This document shows, in pieces, positions 28,177 through 38,303 of a DNA stretch of 64,000 nucleotides. This DNA comes from Candidatus Thorarchaeota archaeon (GTDB lineage Archaea > Asgardarchaeota > Thorarchaeia > Thorarchaeales > Thorarchaeaceae): contig DAOVDG010000001.1 of the NCBI GenBank assembly GCA_030669595.1, forward strand, positions 6,047-70,046, given 5' to 3'. The position numbers and the translations under genes are program-made. A model generated the notes under the pieces. That model searched no databases. It was not told where the DNA came from and saw only the letters and a list, made by a program, of their open reading frames with translations. Within the stretch, counting starts at the first letter, position 1. Each line of letters begins with the position of its first letter.

Positions 28177-28213
28177 TTTTTTCTCTCCAATGTGGAAACA
28201 ACTTATGACCGGT

Positions 28214-30247
28214 CTAGACTCCTCCCTCTTTCGTGTAATTCAGAAGACCTCCGGCCAACATAATCTTCCTCTCACGCTCAGAGAGCTCGTAAGTGACGGG
28301 GATATCGATATTCTTGGTCGTGTTCCGAATTACTAGCGTGTTCTCCCCTTTTTCCAGTGCTGTGCGAATACCCGCTATCTCCAGTAAATCTCCAGCATCA
28401 ATCTTGTCGAAACCATCGGAGTCTGCAAACTCAACCGGAAGGATTCCAACGTTGACCAAATTTGCTTTGTGAATGCGGGCAAATGACTTCACCGCGACCA
28501 CCCTGATTCCAAGATACATTGGTGCGAGCGCAGCATGTTCGCGACTTGACCCTTGACCATAGTTCTCGCCAGCAATGATAATTCCCCCACCAGTTTCCTT
28601 GGACTCGAGTGCTCTCGTTGCAAATGTCGTATCCACCTGTGAAAAGGCAAACTCGCTTATCTTGGGTAGATTCGATCTCAGTGGCAGAATCTTGGCTCCT
28701 GCTGGCATGATGTGGTCAGTTGTTATGTCGTCTTCGACTTTGATTAGGGCATTCAACTTAGGCAGCTTTTCAGGAAGGGGTATAGCTTCCGGAAGCGGTT
28801 GAATGTTCGGGCCACGTATAATCTCGATGTCTTCGGGGTGATCGGAAGGTTCGAGAATCATCGAATCATCAATGTTAATGGAGGTTGGCATCTCAATCTT
28901 GGGATAAGCACCCAGCTTCCTTGGGTCTGTTATCTTCCCGTAGATTGCCGCCGCCACAGCAACCTCTGGACTAACAAGATAAGCTTCTGAATCCATCGTG
29001 CCGCTGCGGCCCCGAAAGTTGCGATTGAACGTTCTGATTGAAACACTTCCTGATGGCGGTGCAAACCCCATGCCAATGCATGGACCACAACCGCTCTCTA
29101 GGATTCTGCCTCCGCTTGAAATAATATCCGCCAGCATTCCTTTCTCCGCCAAGTACTGCAACACCTGCCTAGATCCCGGCGATATTCCTAGGGTCGTTCT
29201 AGAATGGACTGTCTTGCCCTTGAGAAGGGCTGCAACCATTGCCATGTCTTTGATTGACGAGTTGGTACACGAACCAATAGCCACTTGGTCCACTGGTTTG
29301 CCTTCAAGCTCTGAAAGCGGTACAACATTCCCTGGGGAATGGGGCTTGGCTATCATCGGCTCCAGCTTGCTAAGGTCAACCTCAATCACCTCATCGAAGT
29401 CTTCTTCCTGCCCTACTGGAATACTGACCCACTCGTCTTCTCGTTGCTGAAGTTTGAAGAACTCCTTCGTGATTTCATCTGACGGAAAAATGGAGGTTGT
29501 CGCACCAGTTTCAGTACCCATGTTGGTAATGGTAGCTCGCTCAGTAACGGATAGCGACTTCAGTCCGGGGCCAAAGTACTCCAAGATATAGCCCCTTCCT
29601 CCTTTCACACCGATTCTTCTTAACACCTCAAGTATGATGTCCTTTGCTGACACGAAGTTGCGGAGTTTGCCAATTAGTTTTATTCCCATAATCTTGGGAA
29701 CTGTTATGTAGAACAACCCGCCCCCCATCGCAACGGCTACGTCAAGTCCACCCGCACCTATGGAAATCATTCCCACTCCTCCTGAAGTCGGAGTATGGGA
29801 GTCGGACCCGATGAGAGTTGCTCCTGGCTTGGAGAACCGCTCAAGGAATACTTGGTGGCAAATACCATTTCCCGGTCGTGAGAAGAGTATTCCGTACTTA
29901 GCTGCAACTGACTGCAAGTACAAGTGATCATCAGGGTTCTTGAAATCAGTTTGAAGCATATTGTGGTCGACAACTGAAACGGAGAGTTCCGTCTTCACCT
30001 TGTCGAGGCCCATCGCCTCGAATTGCAGATAAGCCATTGTACCTGTCGCGTCTTGGGTCAAGGTACGATCTATCTTAATTCCAATCCTATTGCCTGGAAC
30101 GAGCTTAGAATCGCCCACTGCAACGTGTTTTGCAAGAATGCTTTTAGCAACGGACACCATTTTGAGATTCACCTTCTGTTTTGCGACACATTGTTCCCCA
30201 TATTCGAACAAGAACGCCCATAAAATAGTGTCGCTTTGTACATCCAA
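28214..30247 (-). CDS. acn: aconitate hydratase (aconitase)
   Basis: The Fe-S ligand motifs GSCTNSS and SGCGPCIGM and the signature [11 protein letters not shown] are present. The true start may be the internal Met at MVSVAKS. Confidence 0.85.
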   Translation of the reverse strand: MDVQSDTILWAFLFEYGEQCVAKQKVNLKMVSVAKSILAKHVAVGDSKLVPGNRIGIKIDRTLTQDATGTMAYLQFEAMGLDKVKTELSVSVVDHNMLQTDFKNPDDHLYLQSVAAKYGILFSRPGNGICHQVFLERFSKPGATLIGSDSHTPTSGGVGMISIGAGGLDVAVAMGGGLFYITVPKIMGIKLIGKLRNFVSAKDIILEVLRRIGVKGGRGYILEYFGPGLKSLSVTERATITNMGTETGATTSIFPSDEITKEFFKLQQREDEWVSIPVGQEEDFDEVIEVDLSKLEPMIAKPHSPGNVVPLSELEGKPVDQVAIGSCTNSSIKDMAMVAALLKGKTVHSRTTLGISPGSRQVLQYLAEKGMLADIISSGGRILESGCGPCIGMGFAPPSGSVSIRTFNRNFRGRSGTMDSEAYLVSPEVAVAAAIYGKITDPRKLGAYPKIEMPTSINIDDSMILEPSDHPEDIEIIRGPNIQPLPEAIPLPEKLPKLNALIKVEDDITTDHIMPAGAKILPLRSNLPKISEFAFSQVDTTFATRALESKETGGGIIIAGENYGQGSSREHAALAPMYLGIRVVAVKSFARIHKANLVNVGILPVEFADSDGFDKIDAGDLLEIAGIRTALEKGENTLVIRNTTKNIDIPVTYELSERERKIMLAGGLLNYTKEGGV

Positions 30248-30276
30248 TAAGTGACAGCTGACTCCCCTTTCTAGTC

Positions 30277-30849
30277 CTAACCAAGCTCACCACGACCATA
30301 GAAGAGTTCCCCAAGCCTCTTCATTGCATCACGGACACATTCCTTCTTGCCGCTCACTTGCAGGTGTCTATCACCATCGAGTGTTATCAATACGCTACAG
30401 TCCTCCGCAAGCTCTGAAACTATCTCCACTGGAATCTCGTCGGGTAACCGGATTCGGAAGAAGCTCACGTCCTTTTCTCTGGGCAAATCAGAGATGGGCG
30501 TCGGTGGGTCCTCAGACGCTACCTCTCCCCGTCCGTGAATGGCATCACCGAATCTTGTTTCCCAGGCTTGTCTATATTGAACACCATCCTTCTCTTCTGC
30601 CCAGACCATCAGGGTTTCTCGAAGTGCCTGGACCTTTATCTCAATTTCCTGCTGAAGATCGGCATCGCACTGCTCAGGCTGCTTGATCTCACTGCCGAAT
30701 GACCTCAAATACTCGATGACCATCTTGCTATTTCTTAGATCTGCATAGACGAGGTCTGGAATGAAGACTCCCTTCGACCGCAGCTCTCCAAGCAGATTGT
30801 TCAAGACCATCCATCCTGCGTGTAGGTCGTCAACTGACACCAATGACAA
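30277..30849 (-). CDS. hypothetical protein translationally coupled to the giant hdrA paralog
   Basis: 190 aa, acidic, no Cys motifs. Its start abuts the stop of the upstream giant hdrA gene (30850). Confidence 0.5.
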   Translation of the reverse strand: MSLVSVDDLHAGWMVLNNLLGELRSKGVFIPDLVYADLRNSKMVIEYLRSFGSEIKQPEQCDADLQQEIEIKVQALRETLMVWAEEKDGVQYRQAWETRFGDAIHGRGEVASEDPPTPISDLPREKDVSFFRIRLPDEIPVEIVSELAEDCSVLITLDGDRHLQVSGKKECVRDAMKRLGELFYGRGELG

Positions 30850-33800
30850 CTACTCCCTCAGCATCTCCTCTATCTGGTCGTAGAAGCTCTTCTCACGCCA
30901 CCATCGGAGGTCACGTGCCCCCGTTGGGCAGATGGAACAGCATGCTCCACATCCCTCACACGCAAGCTCGTTGGTGACGCTCTTTTTCACGCCCGGCGCT
31001 ACTTCAACCATTGAAACAGCGTCGTAGGGACAAATCTCCGAATAATGGCAGAGGTCACATCCAACACAGAGATCTTCGTCCACATCTGCTGCTAAAAGTT
31101 CGATATTCACAGTACCGAGATTGAGCGGAGCACAGGCTGCGCTGGCTGCACCGCGTGCTTGGTTGATTGAGTCTGATACATTCTTTGCGTAGGTTGCACC
31201 CAAGAAGATGCCTGGGACAGTGGTTTCTACTGGTTTGAACTTCATATGAACCTCAAGCAGGAATCCATCTTGTCCTCGGTTAATTCCCAATGCCTTGGTG
31301 AGTTCGTTGATGTCGTGGGGCGCTTCCAAGCCCAGTGCGAGCACAACCATGTTGGATCGTATCTTGAAGGTTTCCTGGGAAAGAGTATCATATACTGTTA
31401 CAATGGCCTCATCAGCATCAGGAGATTTCTCAACAGTGACCGGTTTCTCTCTTATCCAACGCAGATAGATGACGCCCTTCTGACGGTTCTCCCTCCACAT
31501 CTCCTCCATATTGTTGGCGAATGGGCGGATGTGTTCCTTATAGGCGGAGAACACTCTGATGTCCGGGAACATCTCCTTCAGTTCGTGCTGCATAGCTATG
31601 ACAGCGGAACAACACACCCTTGAACAGTATCTATTTCCCTCTCCTGGGCTCTGTCTTGAACCGACGCAGTGGATAAATACTGGATTTTTTGGTGGCTTCT
31701 TGAGTTCTCCATTTCTTAGCATGCGCTCAAGCTGGAGTGTTGTAATGACTCCTGGGATTTCCTCCCAACCATACTCTCCCTTCTTTGGATCATAAGTGTC
31801 CGTGCCCGTTGTGATGACCATTGAGCCTATCGTATGAACTTCCTGCTCTCCGGTTTTCATGTTCTGAATCGTTATCTCATAGTTCCCGTAGGTGCTTTCT
31901 CTTTCCAATGGTTTCGAGTTGAGCAATACTTTGATTCGCTTCTCCTTCTCAACACGTGCTACAAGGTCGTCCACGATTTCCTGAGCGCTCTCCATCTTGG
32001 GGAACAATTTGTAGAGGTCATTTAACCTTCCGCCGAGTCGGTCCTCTTTCTCAACAAGGACGACATCAAAGCCCTTCCGAGCAATGTCAAGCGCAGCGGT
32101 CATCCCTGAAACCCCTCCGCCAACAACCATTGCGACTCGAGTCACATCGACTGACTTGACAGGCACAATCTCGTTGTTGATGGCCTTGGCGACGCCGGAG
32201 CGAATCATATCCTGTGCTTTCTCCTGACGAACATCGGGAGGATCTTTCGCGTTGACCAGCGCAATGAGTTCTCTAAGTCCTATAGGCCCCACTAGATAGT
32301 AACCTGATATGCCAGCAGCCTCTAGGGCGCGTCTGAAAGTGTCTTCGTGTTGCAGCGGTGAGCATGAACCAACGACCACACGGTTCAGCTTGTGCTCCTT
32401 GATGGCCTCTGTGATGAACTCCTGGCCTGGGTCGCTGCACATGAAAATGTAATCTGTGCTGTAGACCACATTCGGAATATGGCTTGCCCACTGAGCTAGG
32501 CCAGGACAATCTATTACATTGCCAATGATTCCTCCACAATGGCAAATGAACACGCCAACTCTCGGCTCTTCTCCGACCTCCAGTGGCGGAACTGCTTCAG
32601 GTACGGGGGGGTGTGGGAGCGGTAATATTGACTGCGCAGCCATAGCCGCACCTTTACCCTCATTGACCGTGTCTGTGCCGTCCTTGGGTCCGTGGATGCA
32701 ACCAGCCATGTATATGCCATCGCGGGTGGTTTCGAGAGCAGCTGAGTTTGGGTTCCTTTCCTTCACCCAACCCGTCTCATCAAGCTCGATGCCCAAGACC
32801 TTTGCAAGTTCTTCGCTACCCTCTGCAGGTCTGAAGCTTGAGTTGAGAACGACCATGTTCACTTTAATCTCTTGAATCTCGCCAGTTTCGGTATCTTCCA
32901 GCTTCACCATGAGGTCGCGAGTGTCAGGGTCTTCATTGATCTCCGCAACCCTACCTCGGATGAAGTCAATGTCCATGTTGTGCTGGGAGTCCCAGAGGAA
33001 CTCCTCCAGCATTTTCCCGCAAGTGCGCATGTCCATGTAGGTGTAGATGATTTTGCAGTGCTCTTTGGGATAGTGCATGCGCGTGACCTGGGCCAGCTTC
33101 AGTCCAAAAGAACAGCAGACCCTGTTGCAGTGATGACTATACCCCTGAATGTTCTCCCGAACGTCTCTTGACCCAACGCAGTTCACGAACATGATGGCCT
33201 CAGGTTCCCTGCCGTCAGATGGACGAACCATATGTGCATCAGTCGGTCCTGTTGGATGTGTTTGACGATCGTACTCTAGGGATGTCACGACATTTGGAAA
33301 CACACCGTAGCCGTATTCCGCATAGTCGGTCGGCTGATATTCCTGAAAGCCTGTGGCGTTTATGATGGAACCCACGTGCAGGTCGTATTCCTTGTCTTTA
33401 TCGTCGTACATGATGCAGTCTTGCGGACACACTGCAGCACATGTCCCACAGCCAATGCAGGAATCCCTGTCTATGCAGGCCAGCAGAGGGATTTGCTGCG
33501 GGAAGTTCATGTATATCGCCTTGCGCAGTGATAGTCCCATGTCGTACTCATTCGGGACCTCCACCGGACAGACCGCGATGCAAAGGCCGCAGCCAGTGCA
33601 CTTGTTCTCGTCTACGTAACGGGCTTTCTTATGAATCGTCAGCGTGAAGTCGCCCGCCTTGCCCTTGACTTTCTTCACCTCTGAGAGCGAGTGTATCGTT
33701 ATATTCAGGTGCTTGCCCACGAATGAGGTGAGTGGAGTCATAACACAGGCGGAGCACTCTAGAGCGGGAAATATTTTATATATTGCAACATAAATTCCCC

Positions 33801-33951
33801 CAATTGACACAGTTCTCTCTATGAGATGTGCATGATGACCGCCGTCAGCGAGGGCGAGTGCGGCGCTAATCCCTGCCATTCCCGCACCGATTATAGCAAC
33901 GTCAGTGGGCTTGGGCTTTGCCACTGACTTCTTTGTTGCCTTGCTGACCAT
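30850..33951 (-). CDS. hdrA: giant fusion protein: HdrA-like FAD/FeS module, then a canonical HdrA with C-terminal 2x[4Fe-4S] ferredoxin domain (no MvhD)
   Basis: VAIIGAGMAGISAALALA and AMVVGGGVSGMTAALDIA FAD sites. Inserted ferredoxin (CTGCGLCIAVCP...CIGCGTCAAVCP). HdrA N-domain motif RVGVFICHCGGIIGNVID in mid-protein. C-terminal CVGCDLCHYSEICP...CEGCGACCSICP. Confidence 0.9.
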   Translation of the reverse strand: MVSKATKKSVAKPKPTDVAIIGAGMAGISAALALADGGHHAHLIERTVSIGGIYVAIYKIFPALECSACVMTPLTSFVGKHLNITIHSLSEVKKVKGKAGDFTLTIHKKARYVDENKCTGCGLCIAVCPVEVPNEYDMGLSLRKAIYMNFPQQIPLLACIDRDSCIGCGTCAAVCPQDCIMYDDKDKEYDLHVGSIINATGFQEYQPTDYAEYGYGVFPNVVTSLEYDRQTHPTGPTDAHMVRPSDGREPEAIMFVNCVGSRDVRENIQGYSHHCNRVCCSFGLKLAQVTRMHYPKEHCKIIYTYMDMRTCGKMLEEFLWDSQHNMDIDFIRGRVAEINEDPDTRDLMVKLEDTETGEIQEIKVNMVVLNSSFRPAEGSEELAKVLGIELDETGWVKERNPNSAALETTRDGIYMAGCIHGPKDGTDTVNEGKGAAMAAQSILPLPHPPVPEAVPPLEVGEEPRVGVFICHCGGIIGNVIDCPGLAQWASHIPNVVYSTDYIFMCSDPGQEFITEAIKEHKLNRVVVGSCSPLQHEDTFRRALEAAGISGYYLVGPIGLRELIALVNAKDPPDVRQEKAQDMIRSGVAKAINNEIVPVKSVDVTRVAMVVGGGVSGMTAALDIARKGFDVVLVEKEDRLGGRLNDLYKLFPKMESAQEIVDDLVARVEKEKRIKVLLNSKPLERESTYGNYEITIQNMKTGEQEVHTIGSMVITTGTDTYDPKKGEYGWEEIPGVITTLQLERMLRNGELKKPPKNPVFIHCVGSRQSPGEGNRYCSRVCCSAVIAMQHELKEMFPDIRVFSAYKEHIRPFANNMEEMWRENRQKGVIYLRWIREKPVTVEKSPDADEAIVTVYDTLSQETFKIRSNMVVLALGLEAPHDINELTKALGINRGQDGFLLEVHMKFKPVETTVPGIFLGATYAKNVSDSINQARGAASAACAPLNLGTVNIELLAADVDEDLCVGCDLCHYSEICPYDAVSMVEVAPGVKKSVTNELACEGCGACCSICPTGARDLRWWREKSFYDQIEEMLRE

Positions 33952-34060
33952 GTTCTGTGGACTCCGGGCTGTGTTACAACGACCGCGGGAAATAGCGGGG
34001 TGATATAATTGTTCTGTCGGAGGACATTACCAATAAGGGGCTGCCACTGCCGCTACACAG

Positions 34061-35215
34061 CTAGTTGAGTGAGCCTTTCTCAGGTTTCAGCAGCGAATCG
34101 AGTTTCCAGGCCAGAAGCAATACATAGCTCAGTGGCAAGACTCCTAGGGATGCGACAGCTAGCGCTGGAAGGGGGTCCACTTGCGGGACGTATACGTCCC
34201 TACTAACTTCAACAGAAAATTGAATCTCAACGTCATTCTCGACTCTAGCTAGTGATAGAGTGTACGCTAACGTGTCGTTTACAGGAAAGCTCAACCACCA
34301 CTGCCCGTCGATGGTGGCATTTGCCAAGACCATCTGTTCCTCCTGAAGACCGTCGGAGATGCTGAGTAAAACCCCGGTTCCACCATGAGTCATTGAATGA
34401 ACCCGCATGGCGTAGCTCCCCGTGTCACTTGAATACGGAATTGTAAGATTGAAAGAGGCTTCAGAATGGGACTCGTTCAAAAAAGCCGAGTGTAGTTGGT
34501 CTGATACTATTTCTGTGTGTTTGATCAATCTATAGTCTTGTGTGTAGTATCCTCTCAGAAACGGCGCAAACAGGGATGCGCAAAGCAGAATTAGAAGGAC
34601 AACCGCTAATGATCCTTGGCGTCGCGGCCATCTCACTTGGGCTCGCATCTCATCCCGAGATTGCCTCCTGCACTTCCTTTCAATGAGAATTAGTTTATTC
34701 GCTGCATAGACACTCAATCCAAAGGATAGCAGAAGAACTCCCATATTCGATGCAAACAGAGACTCCCTCCATACAATCATCGGGGGTATTACGTAGCATT
34801 CTCTGATTTCTAACGAAACAGCAACATCTTGGCCCTGCCAAGTGACATTTATCCACCAGACGTTTATCCACCATTCAGAAACTGATGGCCTATCAATGAC
34901 GACTGGCATGCCAACAATTTCAGACACATTGCGTAGGTGCAAATAGGTCTCCGACAGACTGAGTGCCAAGATTGAAACATAGGTTTCATTTGTCCTCAGC
35001 TCGAAGAGCTCAACTTTCGTTACGTATGAAGTAACATTGTGTTGAATAGTCGGACTTTCCTCGGACAGTGTAGTGCTGTATTTGTATGATTGAAACCCCT
35101 CTGTCGAATCATAAGAGTAGGAAGGCCATAATGGGATCGAAATAGTGCCCAGTACGCCGAGGAGTAGCAAGACCGACATTATGACTACTCTGGGTTTAGA
35201 ACAGTCAATTGACAT
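34061..35215 (-). CDS. hypothetical membrane/surface protein
   Basis: N-terminal signal/TM, several NxS/T sequons, internal TM segments and a C-terminal hydrophobic segment (VLPLSYVLLLAW). No catalytic motifs. Confidence 0.45.
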   Translation of the reverse strand: MSIDCSKPRVVIMSVLLLLGVLGTISIPLWPSYSYDSTEGFQSYKYSTTLSEESPTIQHNVTSYVTKVELFELRTNETYVSILALSLSETYLHLRNVSEIVGMPVVIDRPSVSEWWINVWWINVTWQGQDVAVSLEIRECYVIPPMIVWRESLFASNMGVLLLSFGLSVYAANKLILIERKCRRQSRDEMRAQVRWPRRQGSLAVVLLILLCASLFAPFLRGYYTQDYRLIKHTEIVSDQLHSAFLNESHSEASFNLTIPYSSDTGSYAMRVHSMTHGGTGVLLSISDGLQEEQMVLANATIDGQWWLSFPVNDTLAYTLSLARVENDVEIQFSVEVSRDVYVPQVDPLPALAVASLGVLPLSYVLLLAWKLDSLLKPEKGSLN

Positions 35216-35295
35216 CTAGTACTCCTCCTAAACATAAGACCAAGGCATGTACTATGGGACACTTTGCGAAAAAGCTTCCCATGGTCTTCAACCAG

Positions 35296-35425
35296 CACCG
35301 ATTATGGCAACTTCAGTGGGCTTGGACTTCGCTATTAACTTCCTGGATGCCTTGCTGATCATCTTCTGTCGGCTCCGGGCTGTGGCTATAACGACGGCGG
35401 GAACCAGCGGGGCGATACAATCTTT
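35296..35425 (-). repeat. duplicated copy of the leader plus first 24 codons of the giant hdrA at 33951 (truncated, ends in a stop)
   Basis: About 80 percent nucleotide identity to 33885..34015. It encodes MISKASRKLIAKSKPTEVAIIGAG*, compared with MVSKATKKSVAKPKPTDVAIIGAGMAG in the intact gene. A shared 55-nt upstream leader precedes the ATG in both copies. Confidence 0.6.
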
Positions 35426-35471
35426 CTGGATATGGTCAGATTTTCTTGGCTAAGGAACCTACTGACACTAG

Positions 35472-36830
35472 TCACTGACGGTCGGCAGCGTGGAGGTGCA
35501 TCCCAACTCGGACAACGTAGACTGCTGCAGTAACGCCCGCATGCAGCATGATGGTGAAAAGTGCCCAGAGCGGAATGCCCAGAAGCACGAATACCAATAT
35601 GTGGATGTTGTAGAGATTACGTCGCCCCGCCACTCGTCGGAACGTTCGTTCAAATGGCCCGTAGTTGTCAAGGCTCTCTCCCATAGTTCTACTGAACAAA
35701 TCGTAGACCATCCGGTAGAAGGCCATCAGAGTGATCGATCCGGCAGCCAGTAGGATGGGCAACGTTCCCCAGAAGGCGCTGAGGTAAGTTGCCAGTGCTA
35801 TCAGCCAGGCGAATTCGAAGAGTAGATCAAAGGCGTGTTCTAGTTTGCCTAGCCGGGTGGCCTGCCGCCGGATTCGGGCCAGCTTCCCGTCAACACCATC
35901 CACTATCCCCACGACGAAAGTGAGCAGCGCTGCCGGCAGCAGCTGGCCAAAGAGAAAGAACGCAGCCGCTAGGTAGGCCACTACGTTGCTTGCCAGCGTG
36001 ACCATGTTGGGGGTAACCCGTGTATCCGATAGATGGTAAGCCAGCGCAGTTTCAAGTGGTCGATTCAAATAGTGGGCTATGAAGTCCGAAGCGCCCCGCC
36101 CCTTCTGGGTGTACTTCGCCAAGATTCGCTTCGCCCGCTTCACATCCTCCTCAGTATCAACATCGACCCAGTAGTATCCGCTCACATCCAGGATCTGCGC
36201 CTCCCCTTCTTCAGCTGCCAGTCCTACGCACTCCACAAACTCTGTCTTTCCTGCTTCCGCCGCTGCCATTGCATGCTTGAAAATCTTAGGGGCGCACTTG
36301 AAGAACCCTGTGTCCACACCGTTCCACACCGAAAGACCCTTGCCAGCATCGATAATCTTACTGTCGCGTTCCAGCACGAGAGTGTCATCAGGAGAGTACT
36401 GAACCCGATCCACCGCCAAGGTAAGAGCCCCGGTTAGATCCACTCGTTGTAGTTTCCGCACAATCTCTGGGTCGAAGATATGATCGCCCATGCAGAGGAT
36501 GAAGTCATGATCACAGAAGCCGCGGGCCGCCAAGAAGGAATGAAGGTTCCCCTGAAACCAGTGTTCGGCGCGGATATACTGCACATTCAGCCCTGCATAA
36601 TTCGTGCCAATCTGCTGTTGGACCCGATCCCCTTCACAGCCCACCACCACATGAACTTCCACGATTCCCGCATCCCGCAAGGAATACAGCACTCTTTCCA
36701 ACAGTGCAAGCCCAGCCACCGGATGCAGCTGTTTCAGTATTTCTTCGCTCATCCGGCTGCCCTGTCCAGCTGCTAAGACTAGAGCGCACACTGTCTTGCG
36801 TTGTCCCAAAACTCCGGAGTCTGTTTTCAT
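35472..36830 (-). CDS. bifunctional CTP:inositol-1-phosphate cytidylyltransferase / di-myo-inositol-phosphate-phosphate synthase (IPCT/DIPPS)
   Basis: N-terminal nucleotidyltransferase (LAAGQGSRM, CMGDHIF, GVDTGFF, WVDVDTEEDVKRAKRIL). C-terminal CDP-alcohol phosphatidyltransferase membrane domain (IVDGVDGKLAR). From memory, these align motif-for-motif with Archaeoglobus-type IPCT/DIPPS; no database search was run. Confidence 0.75.
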   Translation of the reverse strand: MKTDSGVLGQRKTVCALVLAAGQGSRMSEEILKQLHPVAGLALLERVLYSLRDAGIVEVHVVVGCEGDRVQQQIGTNYAGLNVQYIRAEHWFQGNLHSFLAARGFCDHDFILCMGDHIFDPEIVRKLQRVDLTGALTLAVDRVQYSPDDTLVLERDSKIIDAGKGLSVWNGVDTGFFKCAPKIFKHAMAAAEAGKTEFVECVGLAAEEGEAQILDVSGYYWVDVDTEEDVKRAKRILAKYTQKGRGASDFIAHYLNRPLETALAYHLSDTRVTPNMVTLASNVVAYLAAAFFLFGQLLPAALLTFVVGIVDGVDGKLARIRRQATRLGKLEHAFDLLFEFAWLIALATYLSAFWGTLPILLAAGSITLMAFYRMVYDLFSRTMGESLDNYGPFERTFRRVAGRRNLYNIHILVFVLLGIPLWALFTIMLHAGVTAAVYVVRVGMHLHAADRQ

Positions 36831-37262
36831 ACGCCCATCTTCTTACACTACCTTTCTTTCCAGATTCTCCTGGCTCGCTCGGTGCAAAGGCCTGACATTC
36901 ATTGTCCTGCAAGGGGCCAAGGATTAGCAACAGCTGCATAGCACTTGAACAATCTTGGAAATCCAATCCAAATCTCGACACAGAAATGGCCACGCCAACT
37001 CATCTACCGGAGTTTGCATACTCCCTAGATTCGCCGAGACGTGAACGGTCGATTATCTCATCATCAAACACTAGATTATGCTCCACCAGATAGTTTCGTG
37101 TGATAAAAAGGTTCTTCCACACGATTTCGTTACTCACAGGATTCCTCCTGTTGTTCTCATCAGGTTTGGATTCCCAGGTTAGGAACAATTCAAATAACCA
37201 GTCCACATCCCTATCCTTATTATATGCTCCATGGCGCAACCCGCGTCATCATCTAACATGGG

Positions 37263-38303
37263 GTGTCTGGACAGATGCGCTACGTAAAGCTCCCAAAGGA
37301 AAAGGTCTACGAGTTCCTCGAGCAATTGAAGTCCATGGGGACTCTCTATGGGCCTAAGAAAATCTCAGAGAAGTTCTACGACTTCAGAGAGATTGGCGAT
37401 GTCAAAGAGGTGGAATTCGAGTACAACCGGACGATAACTCCCCCAAGAAAATTCTTCTTCCCCGAACGAGAAACCGTCTTTACGTTTGACACGGTCAATG
37501 TTGAGATTCATGAAACGCTGCCTACAGGAGACCCCATCATCATCTTCGGCGTGCATGCCTGCGACATTGTGGGTCTGCGTATCATGGACTCGCGTTTCAT
37601 TGACGATCAACCAGACCCCTACTATCAGACTCGAAGAGAGAATGGAATAATCATTGGACTCTCCTGCCTTCCTGACGAGTATTGCTTCTGCAGCGTGCGC
37701 CGCACTGATTTCGTTGATGCGGGCTTCGACCTCTTCCTTCATCTCCTCCCTGACGGCTATTTGGTTCGTGTGGGAACAGTGACCGGACACAAGCTAATCG
37801 AGAACTCGCCGGAATACTTCGAGGAGATTTCAAGCGAAGACAAGGATAACTTCGCCAAATTCGAGGCCAAACGGAGGTCCATGTTCACGGTTCAAGGCAA
37901 CTGGGATGATATGAGATATCGTCTTGAACTGCACCTCGACCATCCCATGTACATGCGCGAGAGCGACAAGTGCCTTGGCTGTGGCAATTGCACACTTACG
38001 TGCCCGACATGCCGTTGTTATGAAGTCAAAGACCTGCCAACTCTTGATGGGGCTGGGGGCGAGCGTGTTAGGTTTTGGGATTCCTGCCAATTCAGATCGC
38101 ACGGGCTTGTGGCGGGCGGTCACAACTTTAGACCCACAAAGAAGGACCGTTTCCTCAATCGCTACCAGTGCAAGAATGCCTATTGCGAAACCACCACAAC
38201 CGCGTACTGCGTGGGTTGCGGTAGATGTACGTACTTCTGCCCAGCAGACATCCAGTTCAAGGAGAACCTGCTAGAAGTCTACGGATTTGGAGGTGGAGCT
38301 TGA
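37263..38303 (+). CDS. hydB: cytoplasmic NiFe hydrogenase (group 3b, sulfhydrogenase-type) beta subunit, FeS protein (AsrA-like)
   Basis: Cys clusters [16 protein letters not shown] and [12 protein letters not shown]. It is the first gene of a beta-gamma-delta-alpha operon. Confidence 0.8.
   Translation: MSGQMRYVKLPKEKVYEFLEQLKSMGTLYGPKKISEKFYDFREIGDVKEVEFEYNRTITPPRKFFFPERETVFTFDTVNVEIHETLPTGDPIIIFGVHACDIVGLRIMDSRFIDDQPDPYYQTRRENGIIIGLSCLPDEYCFCSVRRTDFVDAGFDLFLHLLPDGYLVRVGTVTGHKLIENSPEYFEEISSEDKDNFAKFEAKRRSMFTVQGNWDDMRYRLELHLDHPMYMRESDKCLGCGNCTLTCPTCRCYEVKDLPTLDGAGGERVRFWDSCQFRSHGLVAGGHNFRPTKKDRFLNRYQCKNAYCETTTTAYCVGCGRCTYFCPADIQFKENLLEVYGFGGGA

Noticed and set aside
17532-33951. Selenocysteine-containing HdrA
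   Set aside because: Neither giant hdrA ORF contains an in-frame TGA.
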